Source of the DNA: Piromyces finnis finn
Taxonomy: Eukaryota; Fungi; Neocallimastigomycota
Reading direction: 5' to 3'
NCBI GenBank assembly: GCA_002104945.1
Contig: MCFH01000041.1
Location: forward strand, 1 to 64,000
Length of the DNA stretch: 64,000 bases
Positions 47,490 through 61,860 of this stretch are shown here, piece by piece (position 1 is the first letter of the stretch; each line of letters begins with the position of its first letter). Both the position numbers and the translations under genes were made by a program. The notes below the pieces were generated by a model. It did no database searches. It was not told the DNA's origin and saw nothing but the letters and a program-made list of their open reading frames with translations.

Positions 47490-50400
47490 ATGAATTCTAT
47501 TGAAAAAGTTGGTTATAATACTACTACTACTGCTACTACTATTACTACTACTACTAATAATAACAGTAATGATTTACAACAATTAAATTGTAATCAATAT
47601 GACTTAAATACTATCACAAATAAAAATATAGAAGAAGGGATAAATATTGGAAATAAGGATTATTTTTTAAAGGATGGAAATAATTTAAATTTAATAAGTG
47701 TTATACCAATAAATAAAAAAGAAAACGTTACAGAAGAAAATAGCATTAAGTGCAATATAGAAAAAATAGCAGAAAGTGAAGCAATTGATGAAAATGTTGT
47801 CATAGAAGATACACTATATAAATATGATTTAAAAATAGATAAAAATATACCGATAAAAACGGCGCAGAATTATTTTTATAAAACTTACTTTAATGAAAAA
47901 GATGATGAAAAACAAACAAAGGCTCCTTTTAAAATTATTAAAAAGAAAAATATTCCAATGCATATTCATATTAATCATTCTATTTTAAATAATATTTATA
48001 GAGACTCATCTTTAAAAAAAGATATATATGCTGATAATGGATTAGCTGATGCAGATGAAGAAGATCATATTTCAACTAATCATCTTCCATTAGAACTTTT
48101 TGATGATCCAGATTTTGAAATTTTTACTCCGAAAGAATGGTTACAATTAAGAAAAATATATTTAAAGAATTTTGATATTAATAAAGAACCAGAGATTCAA
48201 AAAAGCATTAAAAAGTTGAAAGATTTTAATTCTGTATTCCATCTTAAATTACAAAACTTAAATTACAGTAAAAGTGAAGAATATAATAACATTATAAATC
48301 GGATTTTAAATAATGAAAAAATTAAGGTTGATGAAGAATACTTAGGTTATGATGAAGAAGTTGTAAAATTTTTGATAGATTTAAAAAAAAAGGAAAAGGA
48401 ATACTTTGATAATAAAAGAAAAGAATACTTTAAAACAAAAGAGTTTGAAATTGAACTTGATAAAGATGATACAACACAAGAAATTAAAGAACTTAGAATT
48501 GTTGCTAAATATTTAATTGATGCTAAAGAGAATTGTACTATATGTGCTAATTCAAAAGATTGTATTGGGGTTAAAGCTTTTTCTAGATACTTTTATCATC
48601 ATAAATATAAACCAGAAGTTTTATGGGATTGGGAAAGATGCTGGGTTATTGATTATGATGAGGATACTAAATTGTATACAATTCATTGGGCTAAAACACA
48701 TATTAATAAGAAAGTTAAAAGATTAAATCTTTTCTTTGAAATAGAAAATAAAGAATATTTTTATAAAAGGGTAGATACTGCAAATTTAAATAGAGAAACT
48801 TTTGAAAAAGATAAAGAGTATTATAATATGATTGATACTCAAACTGATTCCAGCCAATTTGGTTCTTTACCTCAATTTCTGATTAATGGTATTATTAAGA
48901 GAGTTAACATTCCTATATGTGAAAGTCAAATTAATTATATGAAATATTTAATTAGTATTATTAATGAAGATTATATATTTAGTATGAAAAAAAATGATTA
49001 TGAATTTTATAATGGAAAATATGAATTAGAAAATAATCAAATTTCCAAAAAAAACCTAGTTTTTGCAAAACAGATAATGGATGCCGTAAATACACCCTTT
49101 GATGAAAATAATAAAGAATTTTTTTTCAGTATTGCTGAAAAAACAAAAGAACTTTCTCAGATATTTTTTGGTGCTAATGTTAAAATTCAAAGTATTATCA
49201 TAGATATTTTTGGAAAATTACATAATAAAATTATAAATCTTATGCATTTTAATAAAGAAACCAAATTTCCAATATCCTTTCTCTCTTACGAAAAAAAAGT
49301 TAAAGCTTTACTAAAAACAGAACAGATGCAATTAAGTACTAGTTGGCCTAATGCTATTGCAAGTTATATAGAAACAGATTTAAGTGATATATTTAATTTT
49401 AATATGATTGATGAAAAAGAATACTTAAATAGTCGTTGTAGAAGCTTTTTATCATTAATATCTTTAATTATGGAAGAAGAGCTAAAAAAGTTTATAATTC
49501 ATGGAATTCATCGACTCACAGAATTATTCGGAGGGTTTTTATTTTCAGATTTTAGCAATTCATATAGCCTTGATACAATTAATGAACAAACTATTAGAAA
49601 AACGTTTATAATTAATATTCATGTTTCTAATCATGATATTGATGAAAGAAAATTAAACAATGTTGATAAAAATAATAAAATTGTATTAGTTCCTTCATAT
49701 GAATATATTGAAGAATTTTTACATGATTTAATATATTCTCCTATTACTATTACAAAAAATGTCGTTCCTAATATCGAAACAATTATACTTTTAGGCATAT
49801 ACAATAATAATAATAGAAAGAAAAATAGATGGGTGAAAATAGATAAATTTAATGAAAATGAATACTTTAAAAAAAATGTTGCAATGCTGAATTATATACT
49901 TAGAAAAATTAAGGGACCTATGGAAGAGTTAGTAAAACATTATGAAAAATATGAATTTTTGATTCAAGAAGAATGTGAAAGCTTAATAAATAAAGACAAC
50001 ATTGATAATATTGATGAAATATGTAAAATAGTTGAAAAATTTTATAATGTTTCAAAAAGTATTAATTCAGCTGAATATGATACTTATGAAATTCTTCCGT
50101 TTATAATAAATGGGGAAAGTTTAAGAATTCTGTTGTATAATAGAACTAAAGCTATTTTGAACAATTTTAATAAGATATTATGTGAAAAATTAAAATCATG
50201 TTGTATAACGCTATCGAAGAATTATGAAAAAAGACATAGTCATTTACTTCTAAACCCAGGTCAAGATGTTGATCAATGGGTTATTCTTAGAGATACAATT
50301 AAAGAATGTACAAATGATTATCAATGGTATAATAAAGATTTAACTTATATTAAGAAACTTTGGGATATCCTATATTGTTATAATGTAAATATTAATACTG

Positions 50401-53400
50401 ATATTAGTGATCTTTATTGGATAACCATTGCCTGGCCAAAGAAAATTCTTGAAGAATTAGACGTTTCAACCAAAATATTAATGTCATCTAAAGAAGATAT
50501 TATTAATAGTATTAATAATAACCGTGAATATATCCAAAGTTCTATTACAGCATATTTAAATGAGATCCAAGAATATAATAAATTAGATAAATATTATGAA
50601 TATGATATGTTACAAAAAATGATTATTTTTAGAGAAAGAATTAATAACATTAAATCAAAAATTAAAAATGTAATTGATCAAGAGAAAAAGTTAGAGTTAG
50701 AAGTTACAGATTTTTCTAATTTCAATACATTATATTATTATTTTGACGGTCATGAAACATTATGGTCATTCTGTGATGAATATAATAAAACAATGGATAA
50801 ATGGAATGAAAGCTTTTTTTGTGTTATTAATGCAGATGAGGTAATATGTACAGTAAATAAATGGAATAAAACTATTTGTAAAGTTTGTTCTATTTTTGAA
50901 GGTTGCAATAATCCAATGATAGTAATTAAAAAGTATCAAGAGCAACTTAAAGATTATTATCAGTTTTTACCCATTATTATTTCATTGAGAAATCCATCAC
51001 TTCAACAAAAACATTGGGATAAAATTTCTCAAACAATAGGTCTTAGTCAAACTGATATTAATACCCTTCATTTAAAAGATATTTTCATGATGAATTTTGA
51101 ATTAGTTCAAGATATTTTAATTGAAATTAGTCAAAATGCTACTAATGAATTAAAATTACAAAAAAAGTTAGAAGCGTTTAAACAAAAATTAATGTCAAAG
51201 AGTTTTGTTGTAAATAAAAAATTTAAACCATATATTGTTATAGAAAATTTTCATTATATATCACAGGTATTTGAGGATTATCTTATTAAAGGTGAAAAAT
51301 TAGGTCAGTTATTAACAACAGATAGTGAACAATTAATTGAAAATTTGGCTCAATGGAATAAAAAAGTTTTACAATGTTTAAATTTTTTAAATCAATGGGA
51401 ACATCTTCAAACATATTATCTTAAAATTTATTCATTTTTCCAAAAATATAAAAGAAATATTTTTTATGAACAAAATGTTTTGAATGAATATGATCATATA
51501 TCTAAACTAATGTCATTGATTTCAGATATTCTAGATAAGAATATTAAGTGTATGATGATATTAGGAAGAACAGATATTTATGAAATGATAGTAAGCTCAA
51601 TTCCTCGTATTGAAAAAATTATAACCTTATTAGGTTCATATATTAATGATATAAGAGATAAATTTCCTCGTTTTTATTTTATTCCTGATAAAACACTTGT
51701 GAAAATAATTACTAATTCTTCAAGCATTGATTCAATAAATCATTATATAAATAAGTATTATAATAGTATATTGAAATTAGATGTTGAAGTTAAAGAATCT
51801 GAAAATGAAATAATAGTTAAAAATGATGATGTAAAAAGTGATGTAATAAATTATAGTGGGGTCTATAATAATTCATTATTAGAAGAAAAAAAATTTGGTA
51901 ATTTAAATAATTCTAAAGAAAATGATGATTTAGCTAATGAAAAAATATCAAATGTTGTTAATAATAAAGCATCAAATAATGAAGTACTGACTGGGGATGA
52001 AAACATTGGTAGTAGTAATGATATATTAAATATGACGTCATTTAATTTTGATTCATTTAATCAAAATGATAAAATTACTATATCACATGATGAATTAAAT
52101 ATTGATTATAAAAAACAGAATATGTTGAATTCCTCTTCTGATTATAGTGATAAAAGCAATACATTAATATCAAATAGTAAACTAAATATATTACCATTAA
52201 ATAATAATAATAATTTTAAATCTACAAGATCTCTAATAGTTAGTAATGAAAAAGTTAATAGTTCTACATTAGAAAGTATTAATAATGATATGTATAATCA
52301 ACATGAAAGTATAGATAGTATTGAACAAAGTATAAGTGAAGAAATACCTATTAATAGTTATGTTACAGGTATTTATAGTGTTAACAATGAATTTGTTAAG
52401 TTGAAAAATGATATAAAAATCGAAGGTCATTTATATGAGTGGTTAAAATCTCTTGATACGGAGATTATTCATTCGTTGAGAGAGTATTTATTTGAGGTAG
52501 TAAAAAATAAAGATTATGAAGAAGACATTGATAAATGGATATTCTATGCTCCATCTCAAATTATAATTTTAGCTATTCAAATAATTTATACAAAACTTAT
52601 AGATAATTCTTTAGAATCATCAAGTTGTAATTATATGAAACAAATAACACATGTTAGTTCTAAGTGCAATACTGATACTTTAAAACTTGTAAATTTATTA
52701 ATCAAAAATGAATGTAATATTTATCAACAATATATGATTGAAATAATATTAGGTTATTTAAATTATTACAGGGAAACTATTAACAATTTAAAAGGTGCTG
52801 ATAATAATGGAACATTATTAAAATATGAATGGCTAGAAAAAATAAGATATTACATTGAAGGAACAAATGTGTATGTTAAAGTATTTAATTATAAGGTATC
52901 TTATGAGTTTAATTATGTTGGCACATATCAAAGATTAATATTATCTAATCAGCAAATTGATTTTCGATCAACTTTAATTACTTCACTAAATTTTTCCAAT
53001 TTTAATACATATATTTCATCAACAGAATCTGGAAAAACAGAATCATTAATAAGTTTTACAAAATCATTAGGTCGTGAATTAATCATTTTAAATTGTACTA
53101 AATATACTAATCCTGTAAATATTGCAAGAATATTTAAAGGTTATTTATTGACAGGTTTTTGGATTTTATTCAAAGGTTTACAAAAATGCTCAAATGATTT
53201 TTTATCTGTTTTTCTTCAATATATAAAATCATTAAAGCAGGGAATCGATGCTAATATTAATTCTAATAAATCGACTATTGTATATTTTAATAAGGAATAT
53301 GAATTAAAGCCGTATAATTGTATTTTTACAAGTCTTTCTCTCCAAGAAAAAATGGAATGGTCACCAATACATTCATCACTTAAAAGACTTTTTAGAACTA

Positions 53401-56400
53401 ATAGTATACAAATTCCAGATATTACTAAAATATATGAAATAATTTTACAAGGATATGGATTCAAAGATTATATACTTTTAAGTAGGAAAATTGTACTTTT
53501 CATGAATCTTTATGCCAGTTATTTCTGTGATAATAGAAAATATACATGCAATCTGAAAACAATTAAAAAAGCATTATATAGCAAGTTGAAAAAACTAAAT
53601 AAAAACCGTGTTCATGATGAAAATTCAATTATTGCTCGTATATTAAACGATATATATTTACCTCAAATACAAATCAAAGAACTAGTTTTATACCGATCCT
53701 TACTTAAGGAGATATTTGGTTTTAATGAAAAGAATAATTCTGCAGAATTAACAGAAAGAATTGAAGAATCATGCAATGCTTTGAATTATAGTCCAATAAA
53801 AATATTGACACAGAAAATTGAACAACTATATAACTCAATTGATTCTGGTAAAGTTATAGTATTATTAGGACCAACTTTGTCTGGTAAAACAACATCATTA
53901 AAAATTTTAGAAGATATAATGAAAAGAAAATTTGAGATAAATAATGAGAAAATTAGAGCTCATAATATTGAAATTATAAAAAAATATAAACCTGAATTAG
54001 ATAAAAAAGATAGCAATGTTATAGATAGTAAAATAATTTCAAATATAAATAATAACAATAATAATAATGTTAATGAAAATATAGATAGTATTTATTATAT
54101 TGATAATAATTCAGATATATCTGATAACTCAGAGGATGAATTAATTTATGGATCAAATAATAATAAAGTTGAAGAGCCATTTTTAAAAGAAACAAAATTA
54201 AAAATTCATTATATTTATCCGAATGCTTGTAAGCCAGAAGAAATATATGGTTGTTATAATGCTGATACAAGAACATATTCTAATGGTATTATTGAATCAA
54301 TCATTGAAAGTGTTAATGAGAATGAAAATGATGTTTCGTATGCAATGAATAATTTAAATCCAATTGAAAAGACTTGGATTTGTTTAGATAATAATGGTTA
54401 TCCATACTGGTTAGATAGTTTATTTTCTCAAGTTGAAGATAAAAAGTTAGCGTATTCAGTAGAGATGAATGATATTAACATTTCAAGTTCAATCACATTT
54501 ATTTGTGAAACAAATGATATTAGTACCTTCACCCCTTCCTTCTTTTCGAAATCATTCATAATTAGCTATAGTGTAAGTCAAAAAATTTCAGATAGCATTG
54601 TCGTTCGTCGTGTTAACCAACTTGATGAAATATTTAAGAAGCAAATTGACTTATTCAAAATTCTGTATCATTTATTTATGAAACCATCTATTTCGTTTAT
54701 TACCAACAATTGTAATGCAGTTTTTGATATTCATCCATGTATATATATTGATAAAATATTTGGATTATTAGAATCATTGATTGATGAAATGACGGTAAAA
54801 TCTTTCTATAGACTAACAACAGAGGAACAAAAGTGTTGGATTATTATTACAACACTCTTCTGTGTTATTTGGGTTATTGGAAGTCTTGATGAAAATAATA
54901 TGAGAAAAAAATTTGATGAATTTGTTAAAAGTGAACTTTTGAAACAAGAGACCATTATGAAACTTCAAAAATTTAATTCTTTGTCAAGTTTCTGCTTAAA
55001 AAATATGATTATTTTCCCATATGAGGGAACTGTATATGATTATTATTTTGATAATAAATTATTAAGATGGAAAAAATGGGAAGCTAAGGAATTAGATACA
55101 TTTTTATTCCCAAGCATATATATTGGATGTGATAACATTATAAGAACAAAAGAAACATTACGTGTATTATATATAAATAGACTGTTATTAAAGAACAATA
55201 AAATACCTCTTATAATTGGTAAACACGGCGTTGGTAAATCAATAACAGCATGGACAAGTATAAATTATAAAAGAAAAGAAATTGCTGAGAACTCTGAGGC
55301 CTTTAGTATTCATTTGAATTCTAATTATACTATTGATATGTTTAAAAATTTTATAATTCAAAATCTATACAAAAAAAGACCAGATGCTTATGGTTTATCC
55401 AAAAATAAAAAAAACCTTGTATTAATAGATGATTTAAATAATATTGAATGTAATTATATCAAACATAGTAGTATCATTGAATTACTTCGCCAATGGTTTG
55501 AAATTGGTGGATGGTATATTAAAAATAAGTTTTGTAATATAGAAGATGTCATTCTTATTTTTACTGCTTCTACCTGTAATTCCTTTAAAAGTATTAATCA
55601 TAGGTTATTAAAAAAATTTCATTGTATTTCTATTGATGATGATATCGATTCATCCTTTAAAAGCATTATATCAAGTATATTGGATAATAATTTTAGAAAT
55701 GTCAAAAGTTTTAAATCTGCCTTTAATCTTTCTCTTACTGAAGCAATGAAAAATGTTTTCAATGAATCTAGATTAAAATTTCCTCAAACAGTTACAAATC
55801 CACATTATATTATTAGATTAAAAGACGCTGTAGATATTATCCATGGAGTAATTGAATATTCAAAAGAGGATATTGAGCAAATTAATATTCTAAAAATTTG
55901 GAATTATCATTGTAATAGAGTAATTAAATCAAAATTAAATACATTGGAAGATCAAGAAGAATTTTATAAAATAATGAAAACTGCAACAGAATCAACCTTT
56001 GATATTAAATATGAAGATATTTGTAATGAAAATGAGCCATATTATTATTTCCAATACTCAATATATAAAGAAAATGAAAAAGAACAAAAAACAGTTATTT
56101 TACAAGTTGATAATATTAATAAGTTCTTTAAAATATTTATGAATAAATTATTAATGGATAAATTAAATCCTTTCTCTTTTCGTAATAGTAAAGACTTATT
56201 TAAATGGCTTTATCCTAATGCTTTAAAATCAGCAATTATTTTAAGTAGATATTTAGAAATTTCAGGAAGTCATATTTTGTTAATTGGTAATAATGAATTT
56301 GATCATTCAAAAATTATTCGTTTAGCTGCTTCACTTAATAATAATAATTATATCAAATACGAAGGACCTGAATTGAATGAAGAAACATTTGATAATTGGA

Positions 56401-59400
56401 GAGAATTTATTAGAGATGTTATTATAAAGATATTAATTGGTGGTAAACCAATATTTTTGTTTATTCCTGAATATTATATAAAATACCAATACCAAGTTAA
56501 TGATATAGATAGTTTAATGACTGTAGGATTTATTTATGATTTATATGGTAACAATAATATTCCATTATTTGTTGTAACTAATTTAGTTAGTCAATTAAAT
56601 AAAGAAGGCTATGATGAATCAATTATTATTGATAATTTACCAGCAACATTAATATTACTTATCAAACGGAATTTACATATTGTTATTTCAACAAATATTA
56701 ATAATCCATTAAGAGAACTTGATTATTTCAGAAGTCATTCCTCTTTTCTTTCAAAATGTTCACCATTTTTAATTGGTTCTTTTGATAAAAGTACTCAATT
56801 ATATATATCTTCTAGTATTTTGGGAAATTTAAAGGATGAATTATCATCAAATATTGAAGATATTCAAACTGTTTCTATTGATATCTACAATTCCATTGCA
56901 AAAACATTATCTGTATATAATAAACAATATAAACAAAATATTAAATTGTCAAACAAATATTATATGTCTTTTGTCGAATACTTTTCCAAATTTTATAAAT
57001 TAAAAAATAGTGATATTGAAGGAAAACTTTCAATGTTTACTAAATTAATTGAAAAAATAGAACATATTTATGATTTAGGAAAAGATATTAAAAATGAATA
57101 TTATCAATGGGTTAAGAATTATGAACAACATACAATTAAAATCCAATTATTTTTGAAAGAAATTGAAAGTGAAAACGGAAGATTATCTAAAGTTTCTCAG
57201 CAAATTAAAAAGGAAGATAATACAGTAAGTTTAATCAAGAAACAAATTACGAAATTACAGGATGAATTAGAAAATGATTGTAAAAAGCCATTAGATTTAA
57301 TTGATGAAGCTATAGATCAAATAGAAAATTTAACTGATGATTGTATTAAAGATCTTAATTTTATTTCAAAACCTTCTGAAAATGAAAAAATTGTTATTCA
57401 AACTTTATGTATTGTTTTAAATATTGAACCTAATGAAAATGAAACTCTTTGGAACGCCGGAAAAAGAAATATTTGTGAAAAGGAGTTAATTGATAAAATT
57501 AAATATTTTGAAACTGATACAGTTACCCAGACTGTGATTCATTATATTGATATTATGATTTATTCCAAAAAATTCGACTTAGATGATTTATTAGAAAATT
57601 CAGTAGCTGTTGGTGCTTATGCATCATGGATTTTGGCAATAAGATCATATTGCCATCTGTTTCATATTATTCTTCCAAAAAAGAAAAAGATAACAATTTG
57701 GGAACAGAAATTAGAGATGAAAAATAAACAAATCAATGAGTTAAGGGAGTATGAAAATAAACAAAACAATCAACTAAAAGATGAAAAGAATAAATATGAT
57801 TTATTAATAAAAGAAAAAGAGAAGATATTAGAAAAATTAAAGAATAAAGAAGAAAATTATATGTCATCAAGAAAAATAATTAAAGCATTGACATTTATAG
57901 AACAAAACATAAGAAATAAAATACTAAAACTGAGAGAAAATAAAGAAATGTTAATTGGTGATTGTTTATGTGCATCATTTATTATTACTTATACAGGCAG
58001 ATTTCCAAGAAATATTAAAAATAAGATTATAAAGCCAATGCTAAATATATTATCATCTAATGAAATTTCCTTTTCTACTAAACATTTTTCTTTAACAAAA
58101 TTTACAAAAGGAAGTCGGTGGATAGATATACCAGCAAATACTGAAATACCAGAGAGTTTATCTTTCTTGGATAATTTATTACAAGTAAAATTGAATGATA
58201 ATTGGTGCATTATTTCTGATAAGCATTTAGTTTTTCATAAGTATTATTGTATGTTTGATGAAAAAGAAAAGGTTGATATTTGTTCAATTAAAGATATTGA
58301 ATTAAATAGAAAATTAATTTTTGCTTTAGAAAAAGGACATACTTTTATTTTATTACTTCATGAGAAAACTACAGGTGACCTTCCATTTTTTATAAGAAAA
58401 TTAATTAAGAGTAAGTATTTTCATAGTGAGAAATATAAGAATAAGCATAATTTTTCATTTTCTGGTATTACAGAAAATGTGATTATTTCTCCTGATTTTA
58501 GACTTCATTTATTAATTACAAAGCCAATAGAAATGGTAGATCCTAAATTTTTAAAATTCCTCGAGCCAATATATATTGATGTACCTGAAGAATTGATAAC
58601 AAATATATTAGTTAATAACTATTTCAATAAATTTGATCCTGGATTTAATAAAAATAGAAAAGAAAATACTAAAAATATTTCAAAAATATTTGATTTAATT
58701 AATAAAAACATTCAAGAGATGTATGAGATTATTAATACACTTGAGAAAAAAGACTTATATATTGGTCAAAATTATGAAAAATTAAATAAAAAGAATGAAG
58801 AATTTATTGAATTAAATCAAAAGTATGAAAATGAATTAAAAAATAAAGAAGAATTCAATATAAAATTGAAATGGATAACGAATTTATGTAAACATGGTTC
58901 ATGGCTTTTCCAACTTATGTCAAAATTCTCAAATATCGATTCAAGTTATCAATTCAATCTTAATAATTATTTAGAGTTAGTCGTAACTACATTTACAGAA
59001 TGTCCAGTAAATGATGAAGAAACACTTCAAGAAATTCGAAAGAGAATAACAAAAGCGTCATATGACATTATGTCTTTAGTATTGAAATATCATGATAGAA
59101 TAGTATTTGCATTTATTATATCACTAACAAATGTTTTTTATAATAAGGTTGAAGAGTATTCAATTTCTGAAAAGCTATGGAATTACTTCTTAAATAAAAA
59201 TGAAAATACCTTTTATCAAATAAATGAAAACGTAAAAAAAGAAAGATCTGATAAAGTAATTGTAAGACCAAATTCTATTTATAGTGACGGAACTGATCTA
59301 GATTTAATTGCTGCTAAATATGATGAAATTAAAAGAAATATTCCATGGATTACTGAAGAGAAATGGAATTTATTATTAAATTTATCTAAACTAGATCAGT

Positions 59401-61860
59401 TTTCTAAAGTACCATTTGATATTCTTAAGTCATTAAATGTAATGAATAATAACTCAAGAAATGATATGATTTCTTGGGATAGTATTTTAAATTATGATAT
59501 ATCTTCTATAAAATTACCACAAAGAATTGATAATTCATTAAAAGCTTTTGAAAAAATACTTCTTTCTTATTATATTCGACCACATTCTCTTAGTCAGTCT
59601 ATAGAAAGATATATTGAAGCTATATTAGGAGAAGAATATACGGATATAGATCAAAACATATTTGAAATAGCATATAATACATCAACACATCATAGACCAA
59701 TTATTATATATATAAATTTTGATGAGAACAATGCCGACTACTATATAAGATCATTCTCATATAAAAAAGGAATGACTAATAAAATTAAATACATCGTATT
59801 TAATAATAATTTAGATGAAGTTAATAATACTTTAGATGAAGGTATGGCAATGGGATATTGGGTAATATTCACTAATTGTGAAAACTATACTGAATGGTTT
59901 AAAGAATTTGAAGAAAAGTTTACCATGTTTAAATGTAATAATAATTGTAGAATTAATCCATATTTTAGATTATGGATAATATTTAATAATAATAGTGAAA
60001 AGCAATTACCTTATAATTATGTGCAAAATTGTGTTAAAATTATTAACAATAACACTGATGATTTTAGATTTCAGTTTAATGAAGCGGTATCTTTAATTGA
60101 TAATATATTTTCACCTGCTAATATTGCATCTTTGAACACCTATCAAATAATTCTCTATAAATTATGCCTTTTCTACACAATTATAACCCTTTCAATAGAC
60201 AGTGGCTCTATTATCTTAAATAATAATTTATTATTTAAAATGAAAGATTTAAGGGTTGCTGGTCAACAACTAAATGAAATATTTTCTTCATTTATAAAAA
60301 ATTCTGGAAGTATAAAAACTGTCCAAAATTTTGTAAAAGGAATGATATTTTATAAGAATTTCCAAATACAAACTTCATATATTGAGGATGTAGAAATATT
60401 AAGTAGTTATTTTGATGATATAATGAATATTCCATGGAAAACACAAAATTCCAATTCAAAGCAATCTTTCTTTACTGTTAAAATTAATCCAATTATTAGT
60501 AATATAATGAATCAAGATCTTCAAAATGCATTTGAATCTTTACAAAATCATGACATTGATAAGGTTCATAAAATTATTCTATCTATGAATAAAAAGAAGA
60601 ACTTATCTTCATGTTTTGGCATTGGAAATTATTTAAAGAAAGAAAAAAACAAAAATAATAGTATGAATATTATGAAAACTATTAAAAAACTTTATATTGA
60701 AGATATTAACGAACCATGTGAATTCTTATGGACATCATATGATAAAATCAAAAGTATTTTAACTTATTATTTGGATTTATTAAATAAAAAATTAATGAAT
60801 ACTATATTTAACTCCGAAAAATATAGTTTAGAGGATTTAGAAAAAAATTTAAAAATTACAAGATATTTAGATCATGTATTACTTGATAATGTAAAGCATT
60901 ACTTTAATTTATTACAAATTGTTAAAGAATACTTTAATAGATGGCTAGATAGTGATTATATCTTTAATCCTAAATATAATGATTTTGCAAATAATATAAT
61001 TAATAATATCTTACCATATGAATTTAAAATTGAAAATATTGGATATCCAACTCAACTTAATTTAAATTCGTGGATTGATGATTTTATTAGTAGAATGTCT
61101 TTTATTCAATCTTGGTATGAAAGAGAAGCTTATCAGAACCCTTTGATTGCTTATGATTTATCAAAAATATATAATCCTGGATTATTTATTATAGGTAGAT
61201 ACAATAATAATTTCAAAGAAAAAAAACTTTTTATTTATTTATTTATATTATTTATTTATTTAGCAATATTACAGGATTACGCTAGACAGACACATTCATC
61301 ATATGAAAATGTAAAGTTTGATATTATGCTGATTAATGTTGATCAAATAAAACCACCAGATCGTGGAATATATATTAAAGGTTTAAAATTAGTTGGTGCA
61401 AATTGGGATTATTCAAGAGGTATTTTAACAGATAATCTACCACATGAATCCGTAAACTTAATTCCTTGTGTAAAAATCTATATAATATATTCTATCCATT
61501 AAAATATTATATATATTATGTTATTAATTATAAAATTTTTTATTGCTCTAATATTTACTTTTATTTTAATAGATTTGGTTACAACCTCATATTAAATTTA
61601 ATAATCATGATTTTGTAGAAATCGAACCATCAAATACTACATCACAATTCCAAAGATATCGATGTCCAGTATATTTATTTATAACTAAAAATGGATATAC
61701 TAATGAATTTAATTACAGTAGTTTATATATTACTACTTTAGAGCTTTCTATTGACAATTCAACAACATATTGGTCAGAAAAAAATGTTTGCATGATATGC
61801 GAATATGCTGAAGATGAAGAAGAATTTAATATATTAAAACTTGCTGATAAAAATAACTAA
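47490..61860 (+). CDS. Highly divergent axonemal inner-arm dynein heavy chain, DNAH1-type N-terminus, 3 exons, 4732 aa
   Basis: Exons 47490-61194, 61264-61469, 61573-61860 total 14199 nt. DNAH1-type tail motifs LPLELFDDPDFEIFTPKEW and VIDYDEDTKLYTIH; LRNPSLQQKHWDKI; FPRFYFI; P-loops GPTLSGKT (AAA2) and GKHGVGKS (AAA3); stalk/MTBD; C-terminus GIYIKGLKLVGANWD and YRCPVY. Confidence 0.9.

Noticed and set aside
47490-61860. Dynein as an ordinary pseudogene
   Set aside because: No stop or frameshift in 14.2 kb, intact splice sites, and selective retention of motifs. The nearby LINE shows that neutral DNA here gains stops within 2 kb.
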